From Octopus bimaculoides (taxonomy: Eukaryota), in NCBI RefSeq assembly GCF_001194135.2, contig NC_068981.1, positions 88,822,040 through 88,886,039 on the forward strand: a stretch of DNA of 64,000 bases, read 5' to 3'. A program made the translations under genes and the position numbers. Below, in pieces: positions 50,385 through 62,878 of this stretch. Each line of letters begins with the position of its first letter. The stretch's first letter is position 1. The notes below the pieces were generated by a model that worked only from the letters and a program-made list of their open reading frames with translations, was not told the DNA's origin and made no database searches.

Positions 50385-50479
50385 GTCCTGGGTATAACTT
50401 TGAACTGTATACAGTGGTGGGGGTCTGGTTCAAAAGTTCCAGGGTTTTGAGAGATTGTGGAACTACCAGGTTCTACTGT

Positions 50480-50745
50480 GACACGGAATAATAGTATCTG
50501 CCAGGATCCCAGCTATGGGTTAATTAGCATATGTGCGACGGAACGAAGGACAAACACAAGAAAAACAAAAACAACAACGCGAATACGTGGTACATGCAAA
50601 GTATTAACAGAAACTCAGGCAAGGAAAGAAAGGTGGTTTTGCGTTTAGAGCAAATCTCTTCTTCAGAAGCAGGAGACAGAGGAAAGTCCAAGAGACATGG
50701 AGCACGGAGGAAAAAAGTTGCCAACGATTCACATGTGTTTACATT
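50480..50745 (-). mobile_element. Penelope-like terminal-repeat fragment with a decayed hammerhead-like core
   Basis: Minus strand CTGAAGA-A-GAG-ATTTG-CTC-TAAACGC (50641-50666), with two core substitutions. Confidence 0.35.
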
Positions 50746-50769
50746 TTGACATACATATTCTTTTATTAT

Positions 50770-51027
50770 TTTCTTCTTTTATTCTCCTTCTTGTTTCACA
50801 CATTTGACTGCGGTCATGCTGAAGCATCGTCTTAAAGGGGTTTTTTTTTTAGTCGAAGAAATCGACCCCAGGACTTATTCTTTGTAAGCCTAGTGCTTAC
50901 TCTACCGGTGTCTTTTGCCGAACCAATAAGTTATGGGAACGTAAATACACCAACATCGGTTGTCAACTGATGGTTGTGGTGGTGGTAGTGGTGGTGGGCA
51001 AGCATAGACACAGACACACATACATGA

Positions 51028-51030
<3 letters not shown>
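50770..51030 (-). mobile_element. SINE family B, 3' half
   Basis: TTTGACTGCGGTCATGCTG...ATCGACCCCAGGACTTATTC...CATCGGTTGTCAA. Confidence 0.8.
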
Positions 51031-51065
<35 letters not shown>

Positions 51066-51199
51066 TTGTGTATTTGTGCATAATCGCACGCGTTTTCATG
51101 TACGTATGTACGTATGTATGTATATAGGTATGTATTATGTACGTATGTACGTATGTATGCGCGTGCGTGTTTAAATATTCTAATAGATATTTTATGCAC

Positions 51200-51338
51200 A
51201 TTATTTACATTTGACGGACATTTGTCCTTTTCTTGTTTGTTGTAAACACAACGTTTCGGCGTTATACCTTCCAGCCTTCATCAGATGTCTTGGGGAAATT
51301 TCGAGTCTGGGTTCTCATTCCTAAAGTATTTGTCGATG

Positions 51339-51383
<45 letters not shown>

Positions 51384-51540
51384 GTTTATTATTATTATTA
51401 TTATTATTAGTTTATTATTATTATTATTATTATTATTAATTTATTATTAGTATTATTATTATTAGTTTATTATTATTATTATTCAGGTCACTGCCTGGAA
51501 TCGAACTTGGAATCTTGGGGTTAGTAGTCCGCGCACTTAA
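51200..51540 (-). mobile_element. tRNA-headed SINE-like element: tRNA head, (AAT)n spacer, hammerhead-containing 3' module
   Basis: Head TTAAGTGCGCGGACTACTAACCCCAAGATTCCAAGTTCGATTCCAGGCAG (51491-51540, B box 51497-51507), AAT tract 51338-51483, ribozyme fold 51244-51290. Confidence 0.7.
51244..51290 (-). ncRNA. Minimal type I hammerhead ribozyme fold (Penelope-type)
   Basis: AGACAT-CTGATGA-A-GGC[13 nt]GCC-GAAA-CG-TT-GTGTTT: full core, 6-bp helix I including two G-U pairs, palindromic AACGTT at helix III. Confidence 0.6.
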
Positions 51541-52279
51541 CATATTTTATGTTACTATAGTAGTAAATATATGTAAAATATTTTCACATTAACCGCCACA
51601 CTTTCTTCCTCCTACCATTTTCTATCTCTCTCTTTCTCGTTCACTCTCATACACACACACACACACGAATATATATATATATATATGCATATAAGTCTGT
51701 ATATAAGTTAGCATATAAACGCATTTATATCATGATAAATGGATGAATATTAGAAGCATAGATAATGGATAGTCGTAATGGCTAGAAACATTGAAACGGT
51801 GTGAGGTATAATAAATAACGCAGAAATTTCGTGCTTCCTATTAATGTGTAAGTCCATGTACATTACATATATTAACATAGAATACATCTTGTAAGACACT
51901 AAGCATCATATTGAACACTCATAGGTGTACATAAAGAACATATGTATAAAACAGCAGTATCTGTCTTGTTATATGTTTGGACACGTTTATTGATTATAGC
52001 AAATATTCGTACACACTCAGATTCAGAAATTATATCTAGGCTTATGGATATAGATTAGTAATTGAGACTATTTTGATAATACATTATTTGAAAAACAAAC
52101 TTATCTTCTTTCGAGGAACATGATTATATATTTTATAACCTCTTATCATATTTAGCAGATAAGAAATAATTGCCATAAGACTTCGCATATATAAATCTAT
52201 CAGATAATATGAGATAGATGTTTGTTAGAAGTTTAAGTTCTCAGTAATTCGTTATAAACTTATTGATTTCTAACTTTTC

Positions 52280-52410
52280 AGGAAAAAGAGTGTAGTCGAT
52301 TGAATTAATTGAATTATCTGTTAATCTCTTAATGACATTTATCCTCTCGACCCCTAGAGGGATGAAAGGGAAATTCCTGCCCTACAGAATCTTAAACCAG
52401 AAAGTTACAG
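52280..52410 (-). mobile_element. SINE family A, strongly decayed
   Basis: TCGACCCCTAGAGGGATGAAAGG, the reverse complement of the family A core. Confidence 0.55.
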
Positions 52411-53345
52411 CTTATAATTATAGAAATTTGTAAAGTGAAAATATATCTTTCTGTGACTTAACCGACTTTTCTTCTCCGGAAACATTTAGAATTACCGTAT
52501 GATCCCATGAAGCTGAGCATATGGAAGACTAAATACTATAACAGAATATATTTAGAGAGTATTTTTAAAACAAATTTGGGATAACGCCACCCACAGAGAA
52601 CCTACAAGTTCATCAGCCGAATGATTGCGATTTTAGTTTCGTTCAAATTTTTATGTGCTCTATTAGCTAAGCTGTTTATACGTCAATCAATATACTGAAT
52701 AAATAATATGGTGGAATAGATTTGGCAATTGGTTTAGGAAGAGTATTACGTATCATAATAAAGAACGCTAATTAATTATTGTCTCTTGGGTGTGTATAAT
52801 TATTATGGAAATTATTTTAGAGTAAGACTAGAAATATATTCTTATATAGAATTGAAAATTACTAATTTAGCATATTGTTGAGGAAAACTCGTCCCTGTTT
52901 GTTGACTGATGACAGAAGGCGAAACATATTCTTGGATAAAAGAACAAAGGGACCTTTTCATAGTTGCTCGATCTGCTAGAAAAAGGAGCCAAATCTTCCA
53001 ATCAAATTACACCGTCATCAAAATATCGATGTTTATATTGATTTGTATCAATAAGCAGTTCTGCATTAAACTGTCTAATGAAATCGTATTGGACATAGAT
53101 GGTACACATTTGATCATATGCTTGCTCGATTGTAGCATACCAAGGGTTAAACGTTCTCAATAAGAACACTAGTAGCAACCACAACATCAACAGTAACAAC
53201 AGCAGCAGCAGCAGTAGCAACAACAACAATATGGACAAAACCTACACCAGCAAGTCAATATTTCTGAGGAAGTTAATACTGCACCGATCTGCTTTGTAAA
53301 GATCCGAGAATTCACATACCGACACAATTGCTGTGCTGTGTAACT

Positions 53346-53530
53346 CAGTGTTCCGTAACGTTTTTTCACATGCGGTACACTTATATTCTTTTCAAAATTC
53401 GGCGGCACACCTGAACTAAAATTATGACTAAAAGTATAGGAAAAAAATTATATTCAGGTTACACTACGGCACACCAAGCATCGTCTCGTGGCACACCAAT
53501 GTGCCACAGCACACCGGTTGCGGGGCACTG
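53346..53530. mobile_element. 185-bp hAT (Charlie-like) MITE with degenerate 8-bp TSD
   Basis: CAGTG...CACTG termini, repeated (G/C)GGCACAC subterminal motifs, flanks GTGTAACT and GTATAGCT (6/8). Confidence 0.7.
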
Positions 53531-53659
53531 GTATAGCTAACCAAATTACTCCGTGTTCTAGAATACCAAGTTAGAAATATATTTTGTAATATAGTAGAAA
53601 TCATTGTTGTAATCAGTGGGAGCGCGTCATATATCTTTTCTCTTATATCTTTTATATCT

Positions 53660-53900
53660 TTTACACTACAGCCATGATGGAGCGCTGCACTGAAGCGTTT
53701 AGTCGAACAAATCGCAGCTGGTCTTTATTTCTTTTAAAACCTGGTACTTATTTCATGAGTGTCTTTTTCCGAACTGCTAAGTTAGCGGGACGTAAACAAA
53801 CCAGAGTCGGTTCTTAAGCGATGGTTGGGAGACCTACACAAACACAAAGACACACAGATACACAAACACACACAAACGCAGATACAGACAAACAGAAAGA
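53660..53900 (-). mobile_element. SINE family B, 3' half
   Basis: GCCATGATGGAGC...TTAGTCGAACAAATCG...CTGGTACTTATT...GCGGGACGTAAACA. Confidence 0.7.
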
Positions 53901-54079
53901 CACACACACGTGATAGAAAATGGACTTAACGACATTATTTAAAGTCACTACGATTGTTTCGACACATTTTCACACGCGTCATACATTACTTAGATGTGGA
54001 CAAGCTTTGCATAGCATACTACACGGTCTATGTCCAAATCTTTTCCACCTATATATATATATATATATATTCCTTTATT

Positions 54080-54328
54080 TTTTAATTCTTGTTCTTGCAT
54101 TTGACTGCGGTCATACTGGAGCACCGCCATAAAGGATTTTAGTCGGACAAATCGACCCCAGGACTTATTTTTTAAGCCTGGTACTTGTTCTATCGATCTC
54201 TTTTGCCGAACCGCTAAGTTACGGGGACGTAAGCACACCCACTCCGGTTGTCAAGCAGTGACTGGGGACAAATACAGACACAAAGTCACACACACACACA
54301 CACATACACACACACATACATACATACA

Positions 54329-54361
<33 letters not shown>

Positions 54362-54595
54362 GTACGACGGGCTTCTGGTCGGCTAGAATAGAAGACACCT
54401 GCCCAAGGTACTACGTAGTTGGACTGAATATATGTATGTGTATGTATGTGTATCTATATATATACGACAGGTTTCTTTCCTTTCTGACTAACAAGGTTCA
54501 TAGCTGAAGACACTTGCGCAAGGTGCCGCTGCGCGGCACTGATATCGAAACCATATGGTTGAGAAGCAAACTTCTCTACTACGCAGCCGCACCTT
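54080..54595 (-). mobile_element. SINE family B, near full length with a duplicated 5' segment
   Basis: TTTGACTGCGGTCATACTGGAGCACCGCC...ATCGACCCCAGGACTTA; GAAGACAC(C/T)TGC(C/G)CAAGGT occurs twice (about 54392 and 54507). Confidence 0.75.
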
Positions 54596-55029
54596 ATCTT
54601 GCATTGCTTAGCTTCAGGTCACCAAATGTTAAGATAAGATGGAAGTGAAAAGTAGTTTTCTTTTAAATCACTATAGGAAGACTAACTCTTCAACGATGTC
54701 TAATAGGCTGGATGTAATGACCAAACTATAATTATCTTACAGGATATTACATGCTAAACGTTCCTTATGCTTCATTGCCTTTAAATGCCGATATCGAATG
54801 TTGTTGTAGAGTAGATGAGAATTACTTTATCATTTCAAGTGTATATATGTTCTTTATTTATTAATCATCGTTGCCGGAAGAAGTCTCGGTGTGTTGGAGC
54901 TCATCAGAGTATTTAGCCACTGAGCGTTTGAAAAACATATAGACATCTGTTGAAGAATTTGTATAAGAATGAATTTAAATCATTGCTAAAAGCTGAGAAA
55001 ATACTTGCCATTTACAAATTCGTGCACTT

Positions 55030-55262
55030 CCTCCCCTCTCTCTCTCCCCCTCCTCCTNNNNNNNNNNCTCCCTCCTCCTCTCTCTCCGTCCTCCTCTCTC
55101 TCCGTCCTCCTCTCTCTCCGTCCTCCTCTCTCTCCCTCCTCCTCTCTCCCCCTCTCTCCCCCTCCTCCTCCCTCTCCGTCTCCCTCCTCTCTCTCCATTT
55201 CCCTCCGCCTCCCTCTTCTCTCTCCGTCTCCCTCTTCTCTCTCCGTCTCCCTCCTCTCTCTT
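55030..55262. repeat. Polypyrimidine/polypurine minisatellite (CTCCCTCCTCTCTCTCCGT-like)
   Basis: Almost purely C/T on the plus strand; source of the E/R/G-rich ORFs. Confidence 0.9.
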
Positions 55263-55953
55263 TTTGCATTTATCTACTGTGAATCTCGTTCTATACTGGC
55301 TTCTACTTTGCAGCAATTCAGATACAGTAATTCAAATTTAGGCGTCTTTATAAAGCTTGTAAGTACGGCACTTATTGAAGTTATTGTCTGCAGGGTTGAC
55401 TGTTAGCTGCGATACTTTAACTAAGACTATTCTGTTTGTTGGTGACTCAAGAAGGGACAGTTAAGTATATTAACATAATAAAAATGGCAGTACACATTAA
55501 TATTGAATGAACATACATTCTAATGTCACCTGAAAGGTCAGACTCTTATGAAGTGAGTTATTGGAAAATATTTGAATTAGAGCTACACAAATGCTATAAT
55601 TTCCTTTTCATTTGCCAGTACCTCTCAGTATTTTGCGTTATATCTTTATATTAAATATGTCGAAGAATATGAAGCAAGATTTAAGCTATGAGTGAGGGAG
55701 TTTCAGTTTTAGTCTCAGGTTTTAGTTGAAGCTATATGCCTTCATTTTTACAACTAATACACTTGGAATATGTCTGATCTTATATTCGTGTTTAAATGAA
55801 AGCAATTTGATAGGCTACATGTGGATAAACGGAAGACATTGGTGGTGGTCGGTATAGGCAAAATTTGAAAAGTAAAGTACATATCCTCGGTAAATTTCTT
55901 ATGTCATGGAATACATTTACTTCTACTTGCGAGGATAAGAAAGAAAATTATTA

Positions 55954-56116
55954 GGCGCAGGAGTGGCTGTGTGGTAAGTAGCTTGCTTACCAACCACATG
56001 ATTCCGGGTTCAGTCCCCCTGCGTGGCACATTGGACAAGTGTCTTCTACTATAGCCTCGGGCCGACCAAAGCCTTGTGAGTGGATTTGGTAGACGGAAAC
56101 TGAAAGAAACCCGTCG

Positions 56117-56157
<41 letters not shown>

Positions 56158-56367
56158 TTGTGTGTCTGTGTTTGTCCCCCCACCATCGCTTGACAACCGA
56201 TGCAGGTGTGTTTACGTCCCCGTTACCTAGCGGTTCAGCAAAAGAGACCGATAGAATAAGTACTAGGCTTACAAAGAATAAGTCCTGGGGTCGGTTTTCT
56301 CGACTAAAGGCGGTGCTCCAGCATGGCCGCAGTCAAATGACTGAAACAAGTAAAAGAGTAAAAGAGT
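55954..56367 (+). mobile_element. SINE family B, best-preserved copy
   Basis: GGCGCAGGAGTGGCTGTGTGGTAAG (A box), GGGTTCAGTCCC (B box), TTGGACAAGTGTCTT core, internal (TA)n(TG)n, AAGTCCTGGGGTCGG module, (GTAAAAGA)2 tail. Confidence 0.9.
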
Positions 56368-57524
56368 ATCCTGTATATACATACATACATACATATGTGA
56401 TTACACATAGACAGATAACAAGTTTTTGGTTAATGTTTGTCTCTATTAAATATTGCGTTTTAATCAGGAATATCAATGTGATTAAGAAATGTACTTTGCA
56501 ATCAGGTACTTACGCTGCACAGCACCTTGGATGATTGTCTTAGGCTTGAGCGCCAGAGGGTCCCAAACGTCAGGATGAAATCGAGGACACAGAAACTGAG
56601 AGGAAATTCGTCGTATTATACCTGTTCTTGGGTTGTTTGAATTAATTCCCTTTCCAGTCAAAGAGCACTACTTGGTTTTTGGCGGAATCCACTATATTGG
56701 AAGAATAACGACATCTGTCTGAAGACAACTCGATGTTTTGGCACCATTTTCTTTGCATGCACATGATAAATTTAATTTTCTAAACTTTTCCTTCGTATGA
56801 AAGAAAAAAAATATTCTTCAGCTAAAGGTTTGGCAAACATCTTTATCGCATAAAGAAGGGATAAGCCTAAAATTAAATCACCTTTTCTTTCCATGAAGTA
56901 CCAACTGATACAAATTCCTGTATTACCCATTACATATTACATCTAAGCTCTTTTCGACAATGTTGAATATTCAATGAAATTCAGGAATTTATATAGTATA
57001 CGATGTGATGAATCTACGACGTTTATCGCCTTTACGGGGTTTTCAAGCCTAGAGTGTGGAACGAGAAGAAAGTCCACCATTTGTAGATTCCTTCAGAAAG
57101 AAGCATAGCAACAGGATATAATGTTATCCCTGACAAATGATCAGGTTGACCGGGTCGGAATGCTTTCACCAAAATGGATTTCACCAAAGACATTGAGGAG
57201 ACATTAAATAGGTGAAAGAATGATTCAAACTACCAAAGAGAAAGCGCAATTCAACGGATTTTCCCTCAGTTTCCGTTCAGCCAATTTTATTTACAAGGCT
57301 TGAATTATTCCTGACGCCATGGAAATGCACACCAAGCACGGGATTGCGAAGCGATCTTCTTAACACCTTTGATAATGCGTCTGCACGTAATAGTCAAAAG
57401 TTATCTATCAAACAATCAATCTATCTATCTATCTATCTATCTATTTATCTATCTATCTACCTTTCTATCTATCTATCTATCTATCTAAAATATATGAAAT
57501 ACGTATATATACATAAAAGATAAA

Positions 57525-57762
57525 AGGTCCTCTCGAGCCATAGGAACATCAGAACGGATTCCCGGATTATGTGGCGTATATATTCCACCTCTCCTGGGAC
57601 AGGAGTCAGTCTGTCGCAGAAGTACTTATTTTCACTATCTGAGTGGACCGGAGCAACGTGAATGAAGTGCTTTGTTCAAGAACACAATGCAAAGGTCTCA
57701 GAATCGAAACTACAATCTTACGACCAGGAGTACAGTAGCTTAACCACTAAGCCACGTACCTC
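57525..57762 (-). mobile_element. SINE family C
   Basis: CTGAGTGGACCGGAGCAACGTG...TTGTTCAAGAACACAA...GAATCGAAAC...TAACCACTAAGCCA. Confidence 0.75.
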
Positions 57763-58639
57763 AGCTGTATAATATACATAATACATAATATAATACATAC
57801 TCACACGCATACATATATATGTGCTTTCATATACACATGTTTTGCATATAGGTGTATATGTGTACTTACATTGTAAGCTACTTACTCATTTGCTAAATGC
57901 GCCACAGGTATCTACTTTTCCCCAATGCATAATATTCCTTATCTACAAAAAGGTATAAAATATTCTGTATCCTTCTGTCCCTTATCATAGTAAGAGCTGC
58001 TATTCGCACAGGCAAACATACAACATAAGATTATTCAGCTTAGTTTGATATAAGCGCTCACATATCTACACAGGAAGTAAAGATTTTGAGGTTTCAAATG
58101 AATTCATAAAGAAGATCTGGCAATTGAAACCAGAATACGTTCATTGCTTGTCAGAATCTTGAACGCTTTCTTCTTCCTTGCGGTATAATTTCGTGTTGAG
58201 GATAATGAAGGAAAGGATTGATTATCAATGCACATTGTGCCATATAATTCTAGTAGAAAATAAACAGAAAAATTGATTACCTTTTATAAAAAGTGTATAG
58301 CTCTTAAATCAATTAAAGTAACGATTTAATTTCATGTGACACACATACCGAATATTTTCATTGCAACAGAAATATGAATGAGTCACATTCATAACTTTCG
58401 TAAAGACATTAATAGCATACGTGAATTTGAATACCTTCCAAGTGGTTATCGGAACGAAATATTGTAGACAGAATAAAGTGAAGTAATAAATTGCAGGAAA
58501 AGAGTAAGAAAGCAATGGGTGAGCGATTGGAAGCCGAGTAGAAAATTGGAATCGGTGAATAATTATTTGTAGATCAATGGGCGGAAAGAGTGAAGAGAAA
58601 GAACGAAATATATCGTCTATCTTATATCATTTAGTTGTT

Positions 58640-59310
58640 TTAATCATTTAACTGCGGTCATGCTGGGACACCGCCTTGAAAAGTTTAGTCGAACAAATGG
58701 ACCCCAGTACTTATTGTATTTAAGTTTGGCACTTATTCTATTATTTCTTTTGTGAAACTACTAAGTTACAGGGGCGTATACAAACGAAGACTGGTTTTCG
58801 AATGGTGGGAGGAACAAACACAAACACAAAGATACACACAGGCAAAGGCACACGGATGGCAGAAAGCCGTACGAGGCGGTGTGATAATAGGTCTGCGATG
58901 CTCTTAGATGTCCGAGGCCGCACGCGGCTTCAGGACCCTATTAATCACTGTAAGACACGCGTATACATATGTACTACAGGCTTCAATACAGTTTCCACGT
59001 ATCAAATTCACTCACAAAGCATTGGTTTACATGTGACTATAATAGGAAACTATAATAGTCGAACAAATGGACCCCAGTACTTATTGCTTTTAAGTTTGGT
59101 ACTTATTCTATTATTTCTTTTGCCAAACTACTAAGATACAGGGACGTATACAAACGAAGACTGGTTTTCGAATGGTGGGAGGAACAAACACAAATATGGA
59201 TGTTCTGCTGGAACAAACTATACCGCTAGAGTATTGTCCAAAGTGCTGTACATTGGGTCTGAATCAGAAACCAAATGGTTGCAAAACAAACTTCTTAACC
59301 ACAGAGATGA
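58640..59310 (-). mobile_element. SINE family B with an internal ~140-bp duplication
   Basis: TAGTCGAACAAATGGACCCCAGTAC...GGTGGGAGGAACAAACACAAA at about 58686-58827 and 59055-59195. Confidence 0.75.
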
Positions 59311-59457
59311 CTACACCTATATACATAAAAAGAAAAGAATATATAAACGAGAAAGTCTGAAAGCGAAACAGTTTTTCCTAAAAGAGGGATTATGGAACCA
59401 GAGAAAAGAAATTCAGAGATGTAGATCTGAAATGAAACAGTATTTCCGCTATGTACA

Positions 59458-59675
59458 GGGCGGCGAACTGGCAGAATTGTTAGCACGACGGGAGAAATGC
59501 TGAGCGGCATTTCGTGTCTTTACGGTCTGAGTTCAAGTGCTGTCAAGGCTGACTTTGGTTGGCTTTCATCTCTTTCAGGTTGATAAAATAAGTACCACTT
59601 GAGAACTGGAGTCGAGTCGATGCAATTAACTACTCCGTCCCCGAAATTACTGGCCTTGTGCCAAAATTTGGAAGT
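59458..59675 (+). mobile_element. SINE family A
   Basis: GGGCGGCGAACTGGCAGAATTGTTAGCACG, GAGTTCAAG, GATAAAATAAGTACC, GGCCTTGTGCC. Confidence 0.75.
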
Positions 59676-60404
59676 ATACTTTCTGCTGTGTGGTGAATAG
59701 ATGATTGGATATGATGAGTTACTTCAAATACTAGTAATTGCGCTGGATATAAGGGTGATATTCTTAACAAGAGAGTTTGTTAACAATATCTATTAGCGAT
59801 AGAGGCAGTATTAATACTGAGAAAGAATCTCTATTTCTTAAACGTACATGTTCTGTTAGAACAAACTATATTGCAGCAGTTGTTTATGCACTAGCGGGGA
59901 GACAAATCTGAGCCACCTCCAGCGCCGAGACCACTAGATCACGTTATTTCGACCTTCTTTGGTTTTGTCAATGACGGACGCTCAACCGTGAACTCTAGCA
60001 GAACATCCATGTTTTAATGGACAGAAATATTACATCTTGATAGGTGATGAAATATACCATCTATAAAAAACTCATAATGATAAAACGAAACTCTCAAAAC
60101 TGAATTTGTTTGAGGAATGTATTTCAAAAGTGGCCGACCTCTCCACATAATACTAACCGTATTCTTTGTGGTTGGCTATTTGCACCAACTCAGCACTTGT
60201 GCAGAATTGTTTGTTAACAGTTAGTATTTAAAATCAATGTCATCTTTCGCTTTGTTGTAAAATTTGTTATCTTGAATTAATCATAGAAAAGTATAATTAA
60301 GTAACAATACCTTTGAGAAATATATAAAATAGTCTCAAAATTGAATATCGCTTAGTTAAATGAAGTAGACACTTTTAAAAATAGAACTTTTAACCCAACC
60401 TGTT

Positions 60405-60765
60405 TCATAAATTTGTTTCTCAACCACTTGCTTGCAGGTTCAGTCCGTCTGCGAGGCACCTTGGGCAAGAGTTTTCTACTATCGCTCCAAGCCAACCAAA
60501 TCCTTGTGAGTGAAGTTGGTAGACGGCAACTGAAAATCGTATATATATGTATATATGTGTGTCTTTGTGTTTGGATTTGTCGCCAAACACCGCTTGACAT
60601 CTGGCATTGGTTTGTTTACCTTCTCGGAATTTTGAGGCTTGGAACAAGTACTGAGCTTTGAAAAGATACCAGCATTGAATTTTTTCGGTTAAACCTTTCA
60701 AAGCGATGTTGCAGCATGACAGCAGTCCAATGATAGAAACAAGTGAAAGATGAAAGGTATTATAT
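60405..60765 (+). mobile_element. SINE family B
   Basis: GGTTCAGTCC...GGCACCTTGGGCAAG...GGTAGACGGCAACTGAA...GCAGCATGACAGCAGTCCAATGA. Confidence 0.75.
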
Positions 60766-61817
60766 CCCTTGAGTGTTGGATTTATAACATAGGAACAGTA
60801 ACTATAACTAAGAAAAGAGCTCCAGTACAATCTCTAATACAAACCTGGCTAATAATAATAAAGAAAATGATAATTCTTCTAAGAAACAAAATATTTATTT
60901 CTTAAGGAAAAGAGTAATTTAACAGGGAACCGAAATATTTGCTTGAATCAGCGCCTGTACATTACTTCTACATTTATATTGGAAGATGAAACTGCGAAAA
61001 TATTCCATTCAAGACCACCGAACAAAATGGCATCTAAAATCTTCGTACTTTGTGGTCGCCACTTCAACGTATTAGCATAAAATTACAAGGTAGGATTGCG
61101 CTAGGCTCGATCTAGTCTGCTATAATCTTCTGCTGATCATATATACGCGAAGCAATCTATCATAAGTGTTCATTTTGTATTTAATGGGAGGGCGAAATTC
61201 AATATTGTTGGTGCATGATGGCCGTATATATAATAGAATGTAACTAGAACATAAGTGTTTCAGTAAGATGTCAATAGTCATAAAAACAATAACTATGTGA
61301 ACAAGATAGGCGAAACAGCAGGAAAAGAAGAAGGGAAAGAGTTATGTAATGAATAGTTGCAGGAAATAGTGCAATATTATCCCTAGTGTTACGCTGGTTA
61401 AATCGGCTTAGAAACTGCTGTCCAATATAAATATACTGAAGGTATAGCGGTACCAATAATTATCTTTCACATATCAGAAATTACGTTTTGTTGATCGAAA
61501 CAAATAAGAGTTCTCTTGTTTAACTGAAGCAGTGGCACATATGTATATATATAGGTAGTACTTTCGAAAGTTTCTGGTACGTACTCTGACCTGTGAGATT
61601 TAAAAAGAACACGTCACTTTAATGTGTGCTTAGAGTAATTCGATAAATTTGTTTCTGAAGGGAGACATTTTGAACGGATTGGTTTATATATATATATATA
61701 TATATATAAACCAATCCGTTCNNNNNNNNNNNNNNNNNNNNNNNNNNNNNNNNNNNNNNNNNNNNNNNNNNNNNNNNNNNNNNNNNNNNNNNNNNNNNNN
61801 TATATATATATATATGC

Positions 61818-61907
<90 letters not shown>

Positions 61908-62406
61908 ATGCATTCGTTCGGAGAAAATATATGAAATATATGTGAGTATGTGAAAATGCGTGTTAGCGTGTAAATCAATGAAATGATTTGTAATGCGTTT
62001 GCTCTTCAGAGTGTTGATAAAATAATTCAATAACGTTGGATTCACTGACTTCTCTGTCACGATTTATATCATGGAATAGGCTTAAAAGCAATGAGATATC
62101 TCAGTAGTATAATTCATCGTTTTTCTATGTAATCCGAACTTGTAAGTTTGTCTTACTCTCCCAGTCACTCATAAACATAGACACACTCACGCATTGCAAA
62201 ATGTACATGCATACATATATATACATTTCTTTCTATACCTCACCTTACATTTTCAATACATAGATAGATGCATACATACATACATACCTACATACATACA
62301 TACGTACATACATGCATACCTACATACATACATACATACATACATACATACACACACATATGCATGCCTATCTCTCTATCTATGTGCCTTTTTCTCTCGC
62401 TCTCTT

Positions 62407-62483
<77 letters not shown>

Positions 62484-62878
62484 GTATATATATGTACATA
62501 TTATGTGTATACATATATACATATGCATATGTATGCATATGTGTATATGTATTTATATATACATATACAGACTTGCATACGCACACATACACACACACAT
62601 TCATACACACACATACATATATACATGCATACGAGACAAGGAATATTCACTAAAAACGTTGGCAAAAGGACATTTTGCGAAAGATATGTTTCTCGAAGAA
62701 CTATTGTTATATATAATATAAAATTACAAAAATATAATGCTATGATTCATAACCTTCCGTAGTGTAGAACACATTTCAAAATATATAACAATTACCTCTC
62801 AGCTACAAAATTTCGGGTTCAATCCCACTGCATGGCATCTCGAGCAAGTGTTGTCTTTAATCCCATGGAGGAAAATTA

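Noticed and set aside
52600-52650. Type II hammerhead on the minus strand (GAAA before CTGATGA)
   Set aside because: No helices or UH triplet in the required positions.
61672-61721. Perfect 50-bp palindrome GAACGGATTGGTTT-(AT)11-AAACCAATCCGTTC
   Set aside because: It ends exactly at an N gap and is centred on self-complementary (AT)n, so it is most likely a contig-end fold-back artefact. Long reads would settle it.
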